Origin: Amoeboaphelidium protococcarum X5
Lineage: Eukaryota; Fungi; Aphelidiomycota
Assembly: GCA_023515725.1 (NCBI GenBank)
Contig: JALDTO010000181.1
Coordinates: forward strand, 186,001 to 250,000
Direction: 5' to 3'
Length of the DNA stretch: 64,000 nucleotides
The notes beneath the pieces were generated by a model that was not told where the DNA came from, did no database searches, and worked only from the letters and a program-made list of their open reading frames with translations. Below, one piece after another: positions 25,388 through 37,816 of the stretch. A program made the position numbers and the translations under genes. Numbering within the stretch: position 1 is the stretch's first letter; every line of letters begins with the position of its first letter.

Positions 25388-25876
25388 TATATACAGTAAT
25401 GTTTGTCGGACAAACCGATGAAATAGACTGTATTCCACTGAAATGCTTGTTGAGAAAAAGTAGAAATTGTGACAGTTTCATGACACACCGCGCCGAGGTC
25501 TGAACTGGTTCTGACCTGTTAGTGATTGAATCATTGTAGTTATAAAAACGATGTAAACTGGCGTGTTTCTTCTGACAAAAGGTGAAGAGTTTGAGATTAT
25601 TGTTGTGAAATATGAGCGAGTGATTACTACAACATTGTATCTACATGCTTGGGTTGTCTTGGATGCTTTTTTTATTACACTTTGCAGAAACTCCGATGCT
25701 CTCATCAACTCTCCGCCGGGATATGAAGCGCGAAATCGTTCAGTGTTGCAAATATAGAATCTCTAGCTTAGTACGGTGTATGCAATTATAAACCAGGAAA
25801 TTTCATCATCGCACACGTTTCCTGTCTCTGTGCTCCGCGTTTAGTCCTGATCGCGGCACAAGTTATAGAGATTTAG
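25365..25876 (+). ncRNA. Candidate Fanzor omegaRNA region / right end of the element
   Basis: Non-coding gap between the Fanzor stop and the convergent Aladin gene. Visible stems: CGCGCC-GAAA-GGCGCG (25367-25382); ATACAGT/ACTGTAT enclosing GTTTGT/ACAAAC (25391-25433); AATCTCTA/TAGAGATT enclosing two hairpins (25758-25873). Confidence 0.5.
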
Positions 25877-25972
25877 CTTCTTGTCTGGTTGATGAAACAA
25901 CGTTATCCTAAAATTAAAAGAGCCATTGAAACAAAGATTTTAATTTACAACAATATAAGCTGAAATTTAGCT

Positions 25973-27370
25973 TCACTAAAATACAAATGGGAAGAAGGAC
26001 ATTGTCAAGTCATCCCAAAGAATGCATAATTATTAGCCTTGTGTCGATTCCACAAAGGACATTGTTAACGCGCGAGGAGAGGATGCCGACTCAGTAGTTT
26101 AATTCTACCTCTGCATTGGTAAATTAATAAAGCCTTGAAGAGATACAATATCTGCATAGCCTCCCCTGTAATTCAGTACGGCAAGATATCGTGAGCAATC
26201 AATGGCACCGCTTTCAATCTGCTTCTAAACTTTGAATGACGCGACAATTTTCTGCACTGGTTCTGTACACACGGCAATTTTATCAATCTACCCGCAGCAT
26301 TAAATTTAACCATAATCAACAACTTGATATGTCTGCAGAGGAAGTTAGGCAACAATTTCCATGTGCATCTTTAGTCCTTCTATAGTTACCAGTATGATGT
26401 CGCATGTTCCATCCAAGTTAAATATAAGTTTATTATCGCTCAACCATACAATATTCTTGGGCTCCTTTTAAAATGTCAATGAACTTGATTACATCAAGTA
26501 GTTGAACATCTTCAATTTAAATTTAGAGAATAAGGAATACATTGCAGCAAGATACTCCTAAGTGGGCGATGGCACCATACACTTCAATGCTCCCAAACTG
26601 CGACTATTGCCCACCAGTCCTACTTGACGTTCATTTAAAATCGATTCCAAGGACAATCTAGAATCTGAATCCATGATATTTTAATCAACTTTCAGCAACT
26701 AACCGCTTTGATATCCAATTAAAACTTACGAGTCAATTATATTCCAGCGATAGTCTACAACACTGGCACCACCAATTTTCAGATCGCATTACTCTGCACC
26801 CACCTTCTCTACTTTATCACCAACGCGGTAAAAGCAAACTTTATCTGCATATACAACAGCCAATCGGTCGCCGCCAGAATTCCATCTGATGGACTTCAAA
26901 CAATGCACTTACTGCGGCGGATTAATTGTAATGGTGAGCCATTTCTGTGATTACAAATTAAATGCAAATACACAGCCGTTAACAGCCAGAGCAATCAGTG
27001 CCTTTGTGGGATGAGGTTCAACTTATACCAAGGGGCAATCATCCTACACGGAACTGGATTCCAGCAGAGAAATGACTTAGTCCACTATATTCTGACAAAG
27101 ACTCAGCACAGGATACTAAGCCATTAATTCATAAATTGAGTCAATAAATTTATTATAGAGCGGCTTAGATCTAACCAATGGTTTAATCATTGTACTTTGA
27201 CTCAGACCTATAGTGGACGGGACTTGAACATCTTGTAACAGAGACACTCTTTCAGCAAAGTACTAAAATTGCTACTTACTCTGAACATGATGGAGCTGGG
27301 ATCCATACTCACATATAGTAAATTTATTTGGTGGAGGAGGTTATTAATGCTCTTACATGCGTCTCATCAT
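25973..27370 (-). CDS. AAAS: Aladin-like WD40 nucleoporin
   Basis: N-terminal PPPPNKFTICEY, EPHPTKALIALA, IRWNSGGDRLAV, PSPTQEYLAA, SLQGFI, LCILWDDLTMSFFPFVF. One intron about 27233-27279. Not in the supplied ORF track. Confidence 0.7.
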
Positions 27371-28284
27371 TATTACCGTTTAGGAAAGGAAGTAAGACGC
27401 TTATTCGATAGACAAAGTAAATACAGAGTGTGAAAATGCGTTAATAAACAATAGTATCCATTTCAGAAAGAAAATAACGCGTCAAGTGGTTGAAACAATT
27501 TTTAAAACGAGATACTTTATGACTCTTTCTGTGCGCGACCCTCGAGAGAAGGTCGATAGGGTCACAACGTCACTGCACAAGGGCTGAGTCAACTGTGGGT
27601 GTTGAACTGTCTTTTTTAGTCCGAGTATACTCGATACTTAAGAGATTGCACGCGTGACATACTTGAGCATGTGTCTTATGTTAGTCTCAGATTTACTGGA
27701 ATTGGTCACTTTCACGTTTTCACCACTGTGCTGGTTCGCTTCAACACCAGCGCGCAGGCCGTAGAAGAGTGAAACGAAGATGAAACAGTGACTACCATCG
27801 AAGACTATACATGTAATAAGTATTGATGTTCATTAAATGTTATGGTTAAGCATCTAAAACGTGAAATATATAAATTTTAATCTTCTGCCTTCCGTATATC
27901 TAGTTAACCGTAACGTCATTCAATCATAGCGTCCAAACAGTGCCACCTAAACAGAAGCTTGAAGGTGTTGTGACACAATCCTGCGCGTCCTCCAATCAGA
28001 TCGCCCTGCGTAATAAAAGTTGATCAACCAATTGTACTCCCAATTTGCTTTTATTATCAACCAAATCGTCAAGTCTCTTGTCATTTCTTACCATTTCTTC
28101 CTCTTATATTCCTGGCTAATAATAATAATAATAATTCGTAAGTTTAGCTTTTTATTCACATCATTGACACGTCAACTGATTTGTTTTGTAGGTATTACTC
28201 ACTCGATTTGGCATAAATCCATCCTCATACAATAAGTTATTTCATTTCTCCACAACTAATATTTACTGACACTTTAATATTAGT

Positions 28285-31200
28285 ATGAATAGTAAAGACA
28301 GAGAATAAAGTAATAGTAATTAGGATAATAAAGAGAATAGCAAAGCGACTGTAAATGCTAATAAACGAATGCCGTAGTCTGCTGCTGACACTCCGCCGCA
28401 AGCGCCTGCCAAAGATCCTCCCGTGAAAAGCCTTCCATCTCGGGAGTCTTCAATGTAAATATTTGATTCTACCGATTCATACCTGCCTAGTAATGGTTAA
28501 TTAAGAGCGGATAGGCCTTATCAGCCGGCCTTACCTTAGTCTATTGCCACTCAGGCAGTAACACCGACCACTGTCTAGTCTGATTATAATAGCAAACCTC
28601 TTCCTCTTCCACAAGAAGATATCGGACACAGTAACAAGTCGAGACCATTAAGTTAGGCGGTAGACAACTCAAAGTTGAAGAAGATGAAGTTGGCACCGCG
28701 TCAGAGCTCACTCTCATCCTCCGTTAATGAACTGCCAGGCCTGGTGACGTCTGGTCTTGGCCGGTTTGTGTCCAAGTTCAGCTCCCTAGGCCGTCCAGCT
28801 TCCTCTCAGTCTCTGTCTGCTGATAGCCAACGTGGTGATGCTGAACATGCTGATAATGATGACGTGAAATCTTACAATTCTTTTGATGATAGCGATGATT
28901 CTGGTGACGACTTTTCCATTAATGGTGCTCGCAATGGAGATGAAGCTGAATTTTCATTGGATCATCAGTCATTGAATTCATCATCATCTAATTCTCAGGT
29001 GCTTGGACCTCGCGTGTCTCCTTTTGTTGATGGACCCATCCCGCCAAGGAAGCAGGATATTGATCCTGTTCAGCTTGCCAAGAGTAAGAGAGCATCTACC
29101 TACAGACACAGTAGCCTGGCATTCACGTCTAATAATGCTGCCAGTAATTCATCTACTCTTGGTCCGGACGTGTCCAATGTCAACATCAATGATATTCCAT
29201 AAGTCTCTCTTCCCGGCTACACTCCTCATAATGAATATGATGCTTAAGCAAGAACAAGCACTGATGATGGGAATAATGTCACTGTTGGTGGTCAATCTAA
29301 TCGCTATAGCTAGTATCTCGCCCCTCCTATGAATTCAGCATCCAATCTGATGCGCCGTTTATCACAATCTTTCACTGGTTTCGGTAATGGAGGTGCGAAT
29401 AGTAGCCAATCTATGAACAATCGTCCTCTTAGTTCCATCTAGCAAGATGTTGAGGCCAGTGATATGACAAGACGTCGCTCTTTAGTCAGACCAGAAAGAG
29501 CTCGAATGTCTTCCAATGTCCGTCCAAGATCAGTGCTACTTGCTGGCGGTGGAATAGGTGCAGCTGCTTATAGCTCTCAGCCACCCACTCTTGGTCGTTC
29601 AGTTGCTGTGTACAATCACTCGAGAAAGGATCCATACCAGAACACTTGGTGGACGCGTTTTTCTGATGTTGTCACATTTTATGCTCCTAATTTTATTCTT
29701 GCCGGCTGCTGTGGTAAAAAAACTGTTGAAGTATAGCGCGCATGGAGAGAGAAGATGGGCCTTGTGACCATTATTGTATTTCTCATTATTTTGCTGGGCT
29801 TTATAACGTTTGGCTTCCAGTACTTTGCATGTAACATCTTTCAAAATGTCAAGAGATATCCTGTAGATTAGTTCGATTCAAGCTATGTCAGAATCCGTGG
29901 TGATTTATACGATATACGTGGATTTAATCATCCTGGCAGGTCGATTTAAATGTACCAAGTATCTGGCAGAGATGTCAGTTGGCTCTTCCCAGTATCGCCT
30001 GACTCAATCCCTGGTGGTAGTGCTTGTGCTAAAATACCCGGCGTCTCTTCTGTGAACACTAGTTGTACTGTCGATGATGCTATTGGAAATGTGTCAGGGT
30101 ATTGTCATTCTGCTTAGTAGTTTGCCATCATGTAGAACAATTTGAATATTGTGGGTTAAGCTGCGTTTGATTGGGACACTGTCAAGGACGGAGATAATTA
30201 CATCGTGTATAGTGGTCAAGTTTTGGATTTGAAGCGGTACTTTTAGTTGAATAACAAATTTCTGGGTTAGGATTTTACTTAGCTGCTCAATGAGTATATT
30301 GGTAAAGACATTACTCATGTTGTTCAGAGGAGTACTGCGTCTCAAGAGAGAATGGCGTGTCTTTTGGAACAATTTCGTGCAGGATATCTCGACTCGATTC
30401 CTATTGGTTGTTTTGCATCGCAAGCCTTTACCTTTGTATCATTGGGCACGATCTTGGCTGTCATTGTTGCCAGATTTGTCTTGGCTCTGCTATTTCTGTG
30501 GACTGATGGTAGAACTCTTGGTAAGTATCCTCCTGGTGGTGCACCTTAGTAGCTGAATAAATCTACTGCATCAGCTCAAAATTCACAGGATGAGACCTAT
30601 AACAAGCTGAAATAAGAAGGCATTGAGTTGTCTCCTGCTGTGCTGGCTGCACTTGAGGCCAAGAAGAACAACACTTTCCGCAATAGTCTGATGCCTACCA
30701 AGTCTCGATATAGTCATTAGTACAATTTGAACACGCCACAGTCAAAGTCTAAGAGCTATCGTCCATCCCCGTTGTCGAACAAGAAATCAAACATTTCTGT
30801 TCATTAGGACTATCCTGGAATTCTTAGGACGATTATGCTCGTTACCTGTTACTCTGAAGATGAAAAGTCTTTGCGCAACAGCTTGGACTCCCTCGCTTGT
30901 ACCGTATTTCCTGATACTCACAAGATGCTTTTCATTATATCTGATGGTCTCATCACTGGAAGTGGTAATGCCAAGTCTACCCCAGAGACTCTGATTGACA
31001 TGATTGAGTTGGATCAGCAATTTGTTAATCCACCTCTTCCGTATTCGTATGTGGCTATTGCTGATGGTGCGAAAAGACATAACATGGCCCAGGTTTATGC
31101 TGGTAGATACCGCGTTGATGGACATGTTGTGCCTACAGTTTTGGTGGTGAAGTGTGGCACTCCTGAGGAGAGGTCTGATCGTAAGCCTGGTAATCGTGGT

Positions 31201-32577
31201 AAGAGAGATTCTTAAATCTTGCTGATGAATTTCCTACAGAAGGTGCTCTTCAACGACAGAATGACTCCAATGGAGTTTGACTTGTTTACCAAAATGACTG
31301 CAGTTACCAGCTCTGTCTATTAGGATATTCCATTGAATCATTTGGATGTAAAGATCACGCCTGACATGTATGAATTGGTGCTAATGGTTGATGCTGACAC
31401 TAAAGTATTTCCTGATGCTCTCACTCCAATGTCGTATGCCATGGCCAATGATCCTAAAATTATTGGTTTGTGTGGTGAGACGCAGATTGCGAACAAGGGC
31501 GAAAGTTGGGTGACCGCTATCCAGGTGTTTGAATATTATCTCGCTCACTTTCTATCCAAGTCCTTTGAGTCTGTATTTGGTAGTTGTACATGTCTGCCTG
31601 GATGCTTCTCTATGTATCGTGTTCGAGCTCCGAAAGGCGAGAGTGATGCCAAATCTGGTCTTCAACATTTCGTCCCTATCCTTGCGAATCCTGACATTGT
31701 TGAGGCTTACTCTGAAAATGTGGTTGAGACTTTGCACGCTAAGAATCTACTTCTACTTGGTGAGGATCGTTACCTGACTACTCTGATGTTGAAGACTTTC
31801 CCCAAGAGGAAGTTGGTATTTGTTCCAAGAGCCAAATGTAAGACTGAAGTGCCAAGTACGTTCAAAGTTCTCTTGTCTCAGCGCAGGCGTTGGATCAACT
31901 CCACAGTTCATAATCTACTCGAGCTGGTCTTGGTACGAGATTTGTGTGGTATTTTCTGCTTCTCAATGCAGTTTGTCATTTTTATGGAACTCATTGGTAC
32001 TGCCGTATTGCCTGCAGCTATTTGTTTTACCATCTACCTGCTGATCATCTCGTTCTTTGTCACTCCACCGCCAATCATTCCTCTGGCTCTGTTGGCTGCA
32101 ATTTTGGGTTCTCCCGCTCTTTTGATCGTGTTCACTTCTACGAAGAGATACAGTTTTCTGCTGTGGATGATCATCTATCTGTTCAGTCTACCCATCTGGA
32201 ACTTCGTGTTGCCCGCATATGCGTACATGCATTTTGATGACTTTACATGGGGTCAGACGCGTCAACTCAAAGGCGGCGATGCTAATCACGACTCTGCTGA
32301 GGGTGAATTCGATCCATCCAAGATTGTTATGAAGAAATGGTCTGAATGGGAGCGCGAGCGGTATCAGCAAGAAACTCTGCAAGGTCTCGCTGCTGGTGGA
32401 AAGAGCAGGACGGTGAGCGAGAATTAGAGAAAGTCGCGTTTCAAGAGTTTCATCGCGAGTGAAGTGCCGCTTGAAGAAAGTGATGAGACTGATATGGATA
32501 ACACTGGCGACACTGATTCCATTGATGACTACTCTAGGAGCTGGAATCCTGAAGAATTCATTGCTAAATTGAGATGA
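28285..32577 (+). CDS. Chitin synthase, division 2 (class IV/Chs3-like), about 1430 aa, intronless
   Basis: [33 protein letters not shown] (Q=TAA), [54 protein letters not shown]. Confidence 0.96.
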
Positions 32578-32847
32578 GTATTCAATAATAAAGATTTTAA
32601 TTGCATATATCTCTCTTCTCATTTTCTATAAACTGTAGTATTGAAAATGCACTGAACAATGAGGAAATTGCACGTTTCAGTTGTGATGAAACGCGTCAGG
32701 CATTGGTTGTTTCACATTTAGAAACCGTTCGAAACTCTATTCTGTTAAAAGACACTCATCTATAGGAATTAACTTTACTCTACCTACTCTTTGTGACTCT
32801 AAAATAACAAGAAGTTACCTCAATTGCCCTATAATAGTAAGTAACAG

Positions 32848-34553
32848 ATGACATTAACTTTTGGTTCAAGAAGTATCACAAGCTTCTTCAAAAGGCGCAC
32901 TGATACAGAGGAGTGTAAAAGTGTCTAAACAGAGTCCAAAAAATAAAAGAACTCCCACTCCTCTTCTAGTGATAAAGCTTAGTTATCTGTTAAGTCGTCT
33001 ACTGATAAAGCTTAGTTATCTGATGAGTCTTCTACTGATAAAGTCATTGTAAAATCTGATTCTGATGCAGGAAATGCCGGTAGTCCCTTGGTTGTATGCA
33101 GTGATGGTGAATCCGTAGTTAATGTCCAGACTGAGGACCAGTACTCACAACTGTCTGATGAGCAGAAATTTGTATTGAATGAAGTTGTTAATAATGGCAA
33201 GAATGCGTTCATCACTGGCAGTGCTGGTGTTGGTAAGTCATTTTTATTAAGAAGTATCATCCGTCAGTTGAAAGGCAAGCACGGTGAAGAGAGAGTTGCC
33301 GTGACTTCTAGTACAGGTGTGGCTGCTCTGCTGATTGATGGTTAGACGTTGCACTCTTTTGCCGGCGTTGGACTTGGCAATGGATCCAAAGAGCATTTGG
33401 CCAAGATGATGGAGAAGAAGAATATTCATGCTGCTAGTCGTTGGAAGAACACGCGTGTTATTGTCATTGACGAGATAAGTATGGTCGATGCCGACTTCTT
33501 TGAAAAGTTGGAACACATTGCTAAACAGACAAGAAGTAGCAGCTTGCCATTTGGTGGAATTCAGGTTGTATGTGTCGGTGATTTCTTCTAACTGCCGCCA
33601 GTATCTAAAGACAAGCACTTTCCTGCTCGTTATTGCTTTGAAGCTGAGTCTTGGAAGCGAGTGGTTCAGCATAAGTTTGTGCTCACCAAGATATTTCGTC
33701 AAAAGGATGATGTCTTTGTTCGCGTGCTCAATGAGATGTGCACCAATAGTCTATCAGACGATAGTATTCGTCTGCTAAAGTCTTTGAACAGGCCTCTTGA
33801 ACTTCCTGATGGTATTTAGCCCGCTGAACTGTTTTCATTAAGGTGGTAAGTGGACAAGGTTAATAGTGCGAGAATTAAAGCTCTGCCTGACGAAAGTCGA
33901 CTCTTTATTGCCTCAGACTCATTGGCCAATCCTAATGACGAATTCACCAAGAAGAGACTGGAGTAAGTTATCGCTCCCGTTAAGCTTGAATTGAAAATTG
34001 ACGCACAGGTAATGCTGGTGACTAATTTGGAGCAGACTTAGGGACTAGTGAATGGATCTATGGGCAAAGTGATCGGATTTACTGAACCTGAGGCTAAGCA
34101 AGAGTCTTGTCCTATAGTTTGTTTCCCTCCTACTGCCAATCGTGAGTTGGAAATAATCAGAATTATTAGGAGACATGAATGGACGTTTGAAGATGCCAGA
34201 GGTAGGGAAGTCGGATGTCGTATATAAATACCTCTGATACCTTCGTACGCAATCTCTATCCACAAGAGTCAAGGCTAGACAATTGATTGGTTGAAGATTG
34301 ATTTGGGTAAGGCGTTTGAGTACGGGCAGAGTTACGTTGCCGTCTCTCGTGCCACTACTTTAGATGGCATTCAAATACTCAACTTTGATCTGAACAAAGT
34401 CAAGGCTAATCCTAAAGTTGTATGTAAGTATTCTCTCTCTGTGTGTGTCGACTCTCTGATAAGAGCATCTTAATTGTTTCTGTATGTGTAGAATTTTATG
34501 CCAATCTACCATCGCTGGAAGTGTTAATGAAGGGTGAAGTTACTTATCTGTGA
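32848..34553 (+). CDS. PIF1: PIF1 DNA helicase
   Basis: TGSAGVGKS, TSSTGVAA..GQTLHSFAG, IDEISMV, PFGGIQ..GDFFQLPPV, IFRQKD, LVNGSMG, IHKSQGQT, FEYGQSYVAVSRA. Intron 34424-34491. Confidence 0.95.
32965..33043 (+). repeat. 33-bp tandem repeat (about 2.4 copies) in the PIF1 N-terminus
   Basis: tctagtgataaagcttagttatctgttaagtcg / tctactgataaagcttagttatctgatgagtct / tctactgataaag. Confidence 0.85.
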
Positions 34554-35288
34554 TAGATTGAAATAATAAGAATGTATGATGCTTCATTCATTATGATTCG
34601 ATACTACTCTCTTCCTCTTAAACAAGTAAATTTATAAGTTTAGGCTATGAATAACTTTTTACTTGCCTAAAGATTGTTTCACGCAACTCACGGTCATCTT
34701 ACTCTGATTTCATCTCGTCAAGTGATCGATTAGATTGCTTTAGCCTTAAATACGACGTAAGAAAAAGTCCGGATTTTGATCTAACGCGTCATGTACTTAA
34801 GTGTAAAGCCTTCATAGTTCATAGTTTAATACGCTCATGTTAAGATTTGAGATGCTTTCTATAACCGACGGAGAGTACAATTTACAACAGTAAGCAATAC
34901 TCGCAAAAGCTCGAGTAGTAAGCCCGTCTTTTAACACTACAGTAGATTGACCAATATTAGTTATGCTTGCAGTTTCAAACAGAACCATTAAATGCAGGAG
35001 CTGAATATTCCGTTCACTCATGTTCTTAGTTAAATCTTCGTACTTGAACCATATGAGCTAGTTTATTCTCAATGCTTCCATACTAATAGTCTTGGCAAGA
35101 TCTTTGAACTGAGCCAATCAGTCGAGTGAAACACAAGATCGATCATGTTACACGAACCAATTTACTGTCAATTTATTGGTGTAATCCTATTTCAATTTAT
35201 TCACTTACGTCTAATATTTCTCCTTTTTCTTCTTAATATATCAACTCTTTTAACGATAATCTGTTTTGTAATAATAACTAATCTAAAA

Positions 35289-35753
35289 ATGCACGCGTCT
35301 ACTTTAACTGTATCTGCTATTGCTCTGGCCTCATCTGCAGTGTTTGGTCAGAGTCTGAACATCAACAACAGCATGCCTATCACTGGTATTGCGCCTAATG
35401 TTGACATCAACAACCTGTTTGCCTCCTTCTCTAATCTGACCAGTGGCTTGAATATTTCTAGCTGTGTCGATGCGGCTTAGGAGCTTTCCAAGTGTTACTC
35501 TGAGAAATTCAGCTGTGATGCTAGTGATCTCAAGTGTCAGTGTAAGAATTTCAACGGCGCGTTTGATCAGTGTTATCCTAAGACTAGTGATGAGTGTAAG
35601 CTGTTGTCTGATAGCAAGGAAGATGTGAGAAAGGCCACCATGGAGGCTTGCAAGTCTCAAGGCTACTCTATCGATGGTGTTTCATCTGCTAGCTCCGTCG
35701 GTGCTGGGTTGGCTCTGACCGCTGGCTCCGTGTTGATGGCCGCTCTGGTTTGA
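35289..35753 (+). CDS. Small secreted 8-Cys (CFEM-like) protein with probable GPI anchor
   Basis: Signal peptide MHASTLTVSAIALASSAVFG; C-x9-C-x6-C-x6-CxC-x9-C-x7-C-x17-C; hydrophobic C-terminal tail after SSASS. Confidence 0.8.
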
Positions 35754-36048
35754 TCACTCCTGAAACAATGATCACAGTTGAATATGTCTGAAAATAAAAA
35801 TATTATTTTTCATTTTTGGTCATTTTCACTTTTTACGCAGAGTCCTATTATGATAAATAGGCGCTGGCTTTACATGTTACGCGTCAAGATCTAGTGCTCA
35901 AGAGGCTTTGCATGGCACATTGATCGCGCTGAATGTATAATCCTGTTACAAGTACGTTTAGCAGACTCTCGGCAGCAAACAAAAATCAATTCAGAAACAT
36001 TACAATAATTAGGAGATATTTTATGGCTTTGCAATTATAACATTTTCT

Positions 36049-37023
36049 TCAATAAAGCCATCTTCCTTCAGAAGTGAGAGTCTCTTGAGCATCAGAAGTG
36101 AGAGTCTCTTGAGCATCCAAAATCTCACACTCGACGTGTTCACTCGCATTAGTGGGAAACGAACCCATTGACGTTTATGGAGTTTAGACAAAAGTGATGG
36201 ACGCGAAACAGGACTTCAAATACTCAACATCAACTTTAAGATGCTGCCAAGTATCAGAGTCAAATGCCTCCTCGACGCGGAACGCCGAGACGAGCACAGG
36301 GCCAAAACTCTTCAAACAAGACTCCAGCTCATTACCTCCCGAGCGATACAATAACCTGGGATTGGGATTTTGCGTTAGAATATTCACCAGAAACGCGCGA
36401 GAATCGCCACCATGATCCAACCAGATTCTAACCTCCAGCGCTTTCCCGCTCATGTGATTTTTCATGTACTCAGCCATATCAAGCATTGGAACTTGATGGC
36501 CTAATTTCATTGCCACCAAATAGTGCTAAAGCACCACCGGCGCGTGCATATAGCAGAGGCCGCTCAGCTAAACGCGCTCAACATACGCATGAGGCTTACA
36601 ACTTAATCTCGCATCATCGCGGAAAGTAACAAAGCTATTACCGGCACTCCACTCGGGATGCGCCTGGACAAATGCACTGAACAGATTATTTTCTCCCAAT
36701 TGCTAGCCCACTTCTCACTTTTCCACAATGCGACGAAGACGATCTTGAGCACATCTGAGATTGGCGCGGGCTGCCACTGAAACAAGCGCAGAATCAGGAT
36801 TCAGCAAATTGTGAAACTTTTTCTTTCTGAACAAGGATTCTTCATCACGTAATACTCCCTTAGCATAAAGACAAACGCGTAACTCGTTATCTTTCTCTTC
36901 CTCGGTGCATCCATCTAGCTCCATCAGTCGAGAGGAGGCGTGGATAATTTCATTCGATAGATCCCAAGAATTTTAACGCAATAACAATGAATTCCTTAAT
37001 CTTGTACGTTAACGCGTCATCAT
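36049..37023 (-). pseudogene. Papain-like cysteine protease homolog, disrupted
   Basis: VQLSGLCYMHAPVVLQHYLV (QxxGxC catalytic motif), GGDS, FGPVLVSAFRV. In-frame TGA at 36715-36717. No His/Asn catalytic segment between WQHL and VDVEYL. Confidence 0.6.
36068..36115 (+). repeat. Perfect 24-bp tandem duplication
   Basis: tcagaagtgagagtctcttgagca x2. Confidence 0.9.
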
Positions 37024-37248
37024 ATACACTGGACCAGCCGGGATATCTTCATTTTTTTGGACTGACATTTTATATCAAAGTTACTTTTTCACCTTTGTCA
37101 ATGTAACACGGATCAAGTGATCGCGTGACTAAAACGTTGTTAGGAGGTACCTTCATTTCATTCTCTTACTAAAATTCGATAAATTCAAGAATTATTATCA
37201 GCCAAAATCAACTATATTTACTTAATAGAGAGAATTGTAATTTTTAGA

Positions 37249-37704
37249 ATGATTAAACGCCACATCGTCGTTATATCCTTAATGGCTTTTGCCACCACTG
37301 TCTTTGGCTAAGCCGCGTTGAATATAACTGATTCTCCTCTGGATTTGTACACCTGCTCTATCGGAGGAGCTACGGAAGCTATGAAGTGTTAGCAGACTGC
37401 TACCGGTCAATGCAAGACTAATGATAATGCATGTAATTGCAAAAGCGTGAATAAATGGTTTGATTAATGCTTCAACGTGAACAAGATGTAATCTACTGGA
37501 TAGTGCGCTCCTGTTCTATCAAAAGTGGAAGATTATAGAAAGCATGCTATTGAATAGTGCACTATATATGGTCTAGAGATGGATGGCAATAAACAGCCTC
37601 AAAATCAGAAGCCTAAAGGTAATGGTGCCTCTGCATTATCTCACTCCTCTGCTCTGGCTGTCGCGTCAATCTCTCTCACTTCCCTCCTCTCTTTCATTCT
37701 ATGA
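37249..37704 (+). CDS. Small secreted 8-Cys (CFEM-like) protein with probable GPI anchor; paralog of 35289-35753
   Basis: Signal peptide MIKRHIVVISLMAFATTVFG; C-x10-C-x7-C-x6-CxC-x9-C-x11-C-x17-C; shared VFGQ and FDQC motifs; NGAS plus hydrophobic tail. Confidence 0.78.
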
Positions 37705-37816
37705 AGAAGCATACAGTAGCTGTAGAGTTATTACATCAACAATTGAGTTATCGTTTAGTTTAAATAGAATACGTCCTATATTAATATAACATTATATTCT
37801 TGCACTATAAAAGAAA

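Noticed and set aside
25790-25865. Two hairpins followed by ACA as a possible H/ACA snoRNA
   Set aside because: No ANANNA hinge box between the hairpins, and the ACA is inside a stem.
22920-25930. Terminal inverted repeats around Fanzor (GGCTCTT near 22950 versus AAGAGCC near 25920)
   Set aside because: Only a 7-nt match, at chance level; no target-site duplication identified.
32848-34553. PIF1 as a Helitron helicase linked to the Fanzor
   Set aside because: No Rep/HUH domain, cellular PIF1 features, and two host genes lie between it and the Fanzor.
34812-35081. About 90-aa minus-strand ORF
   Set aside because: No motif; this length is expected by chance when only one stop codon exists.
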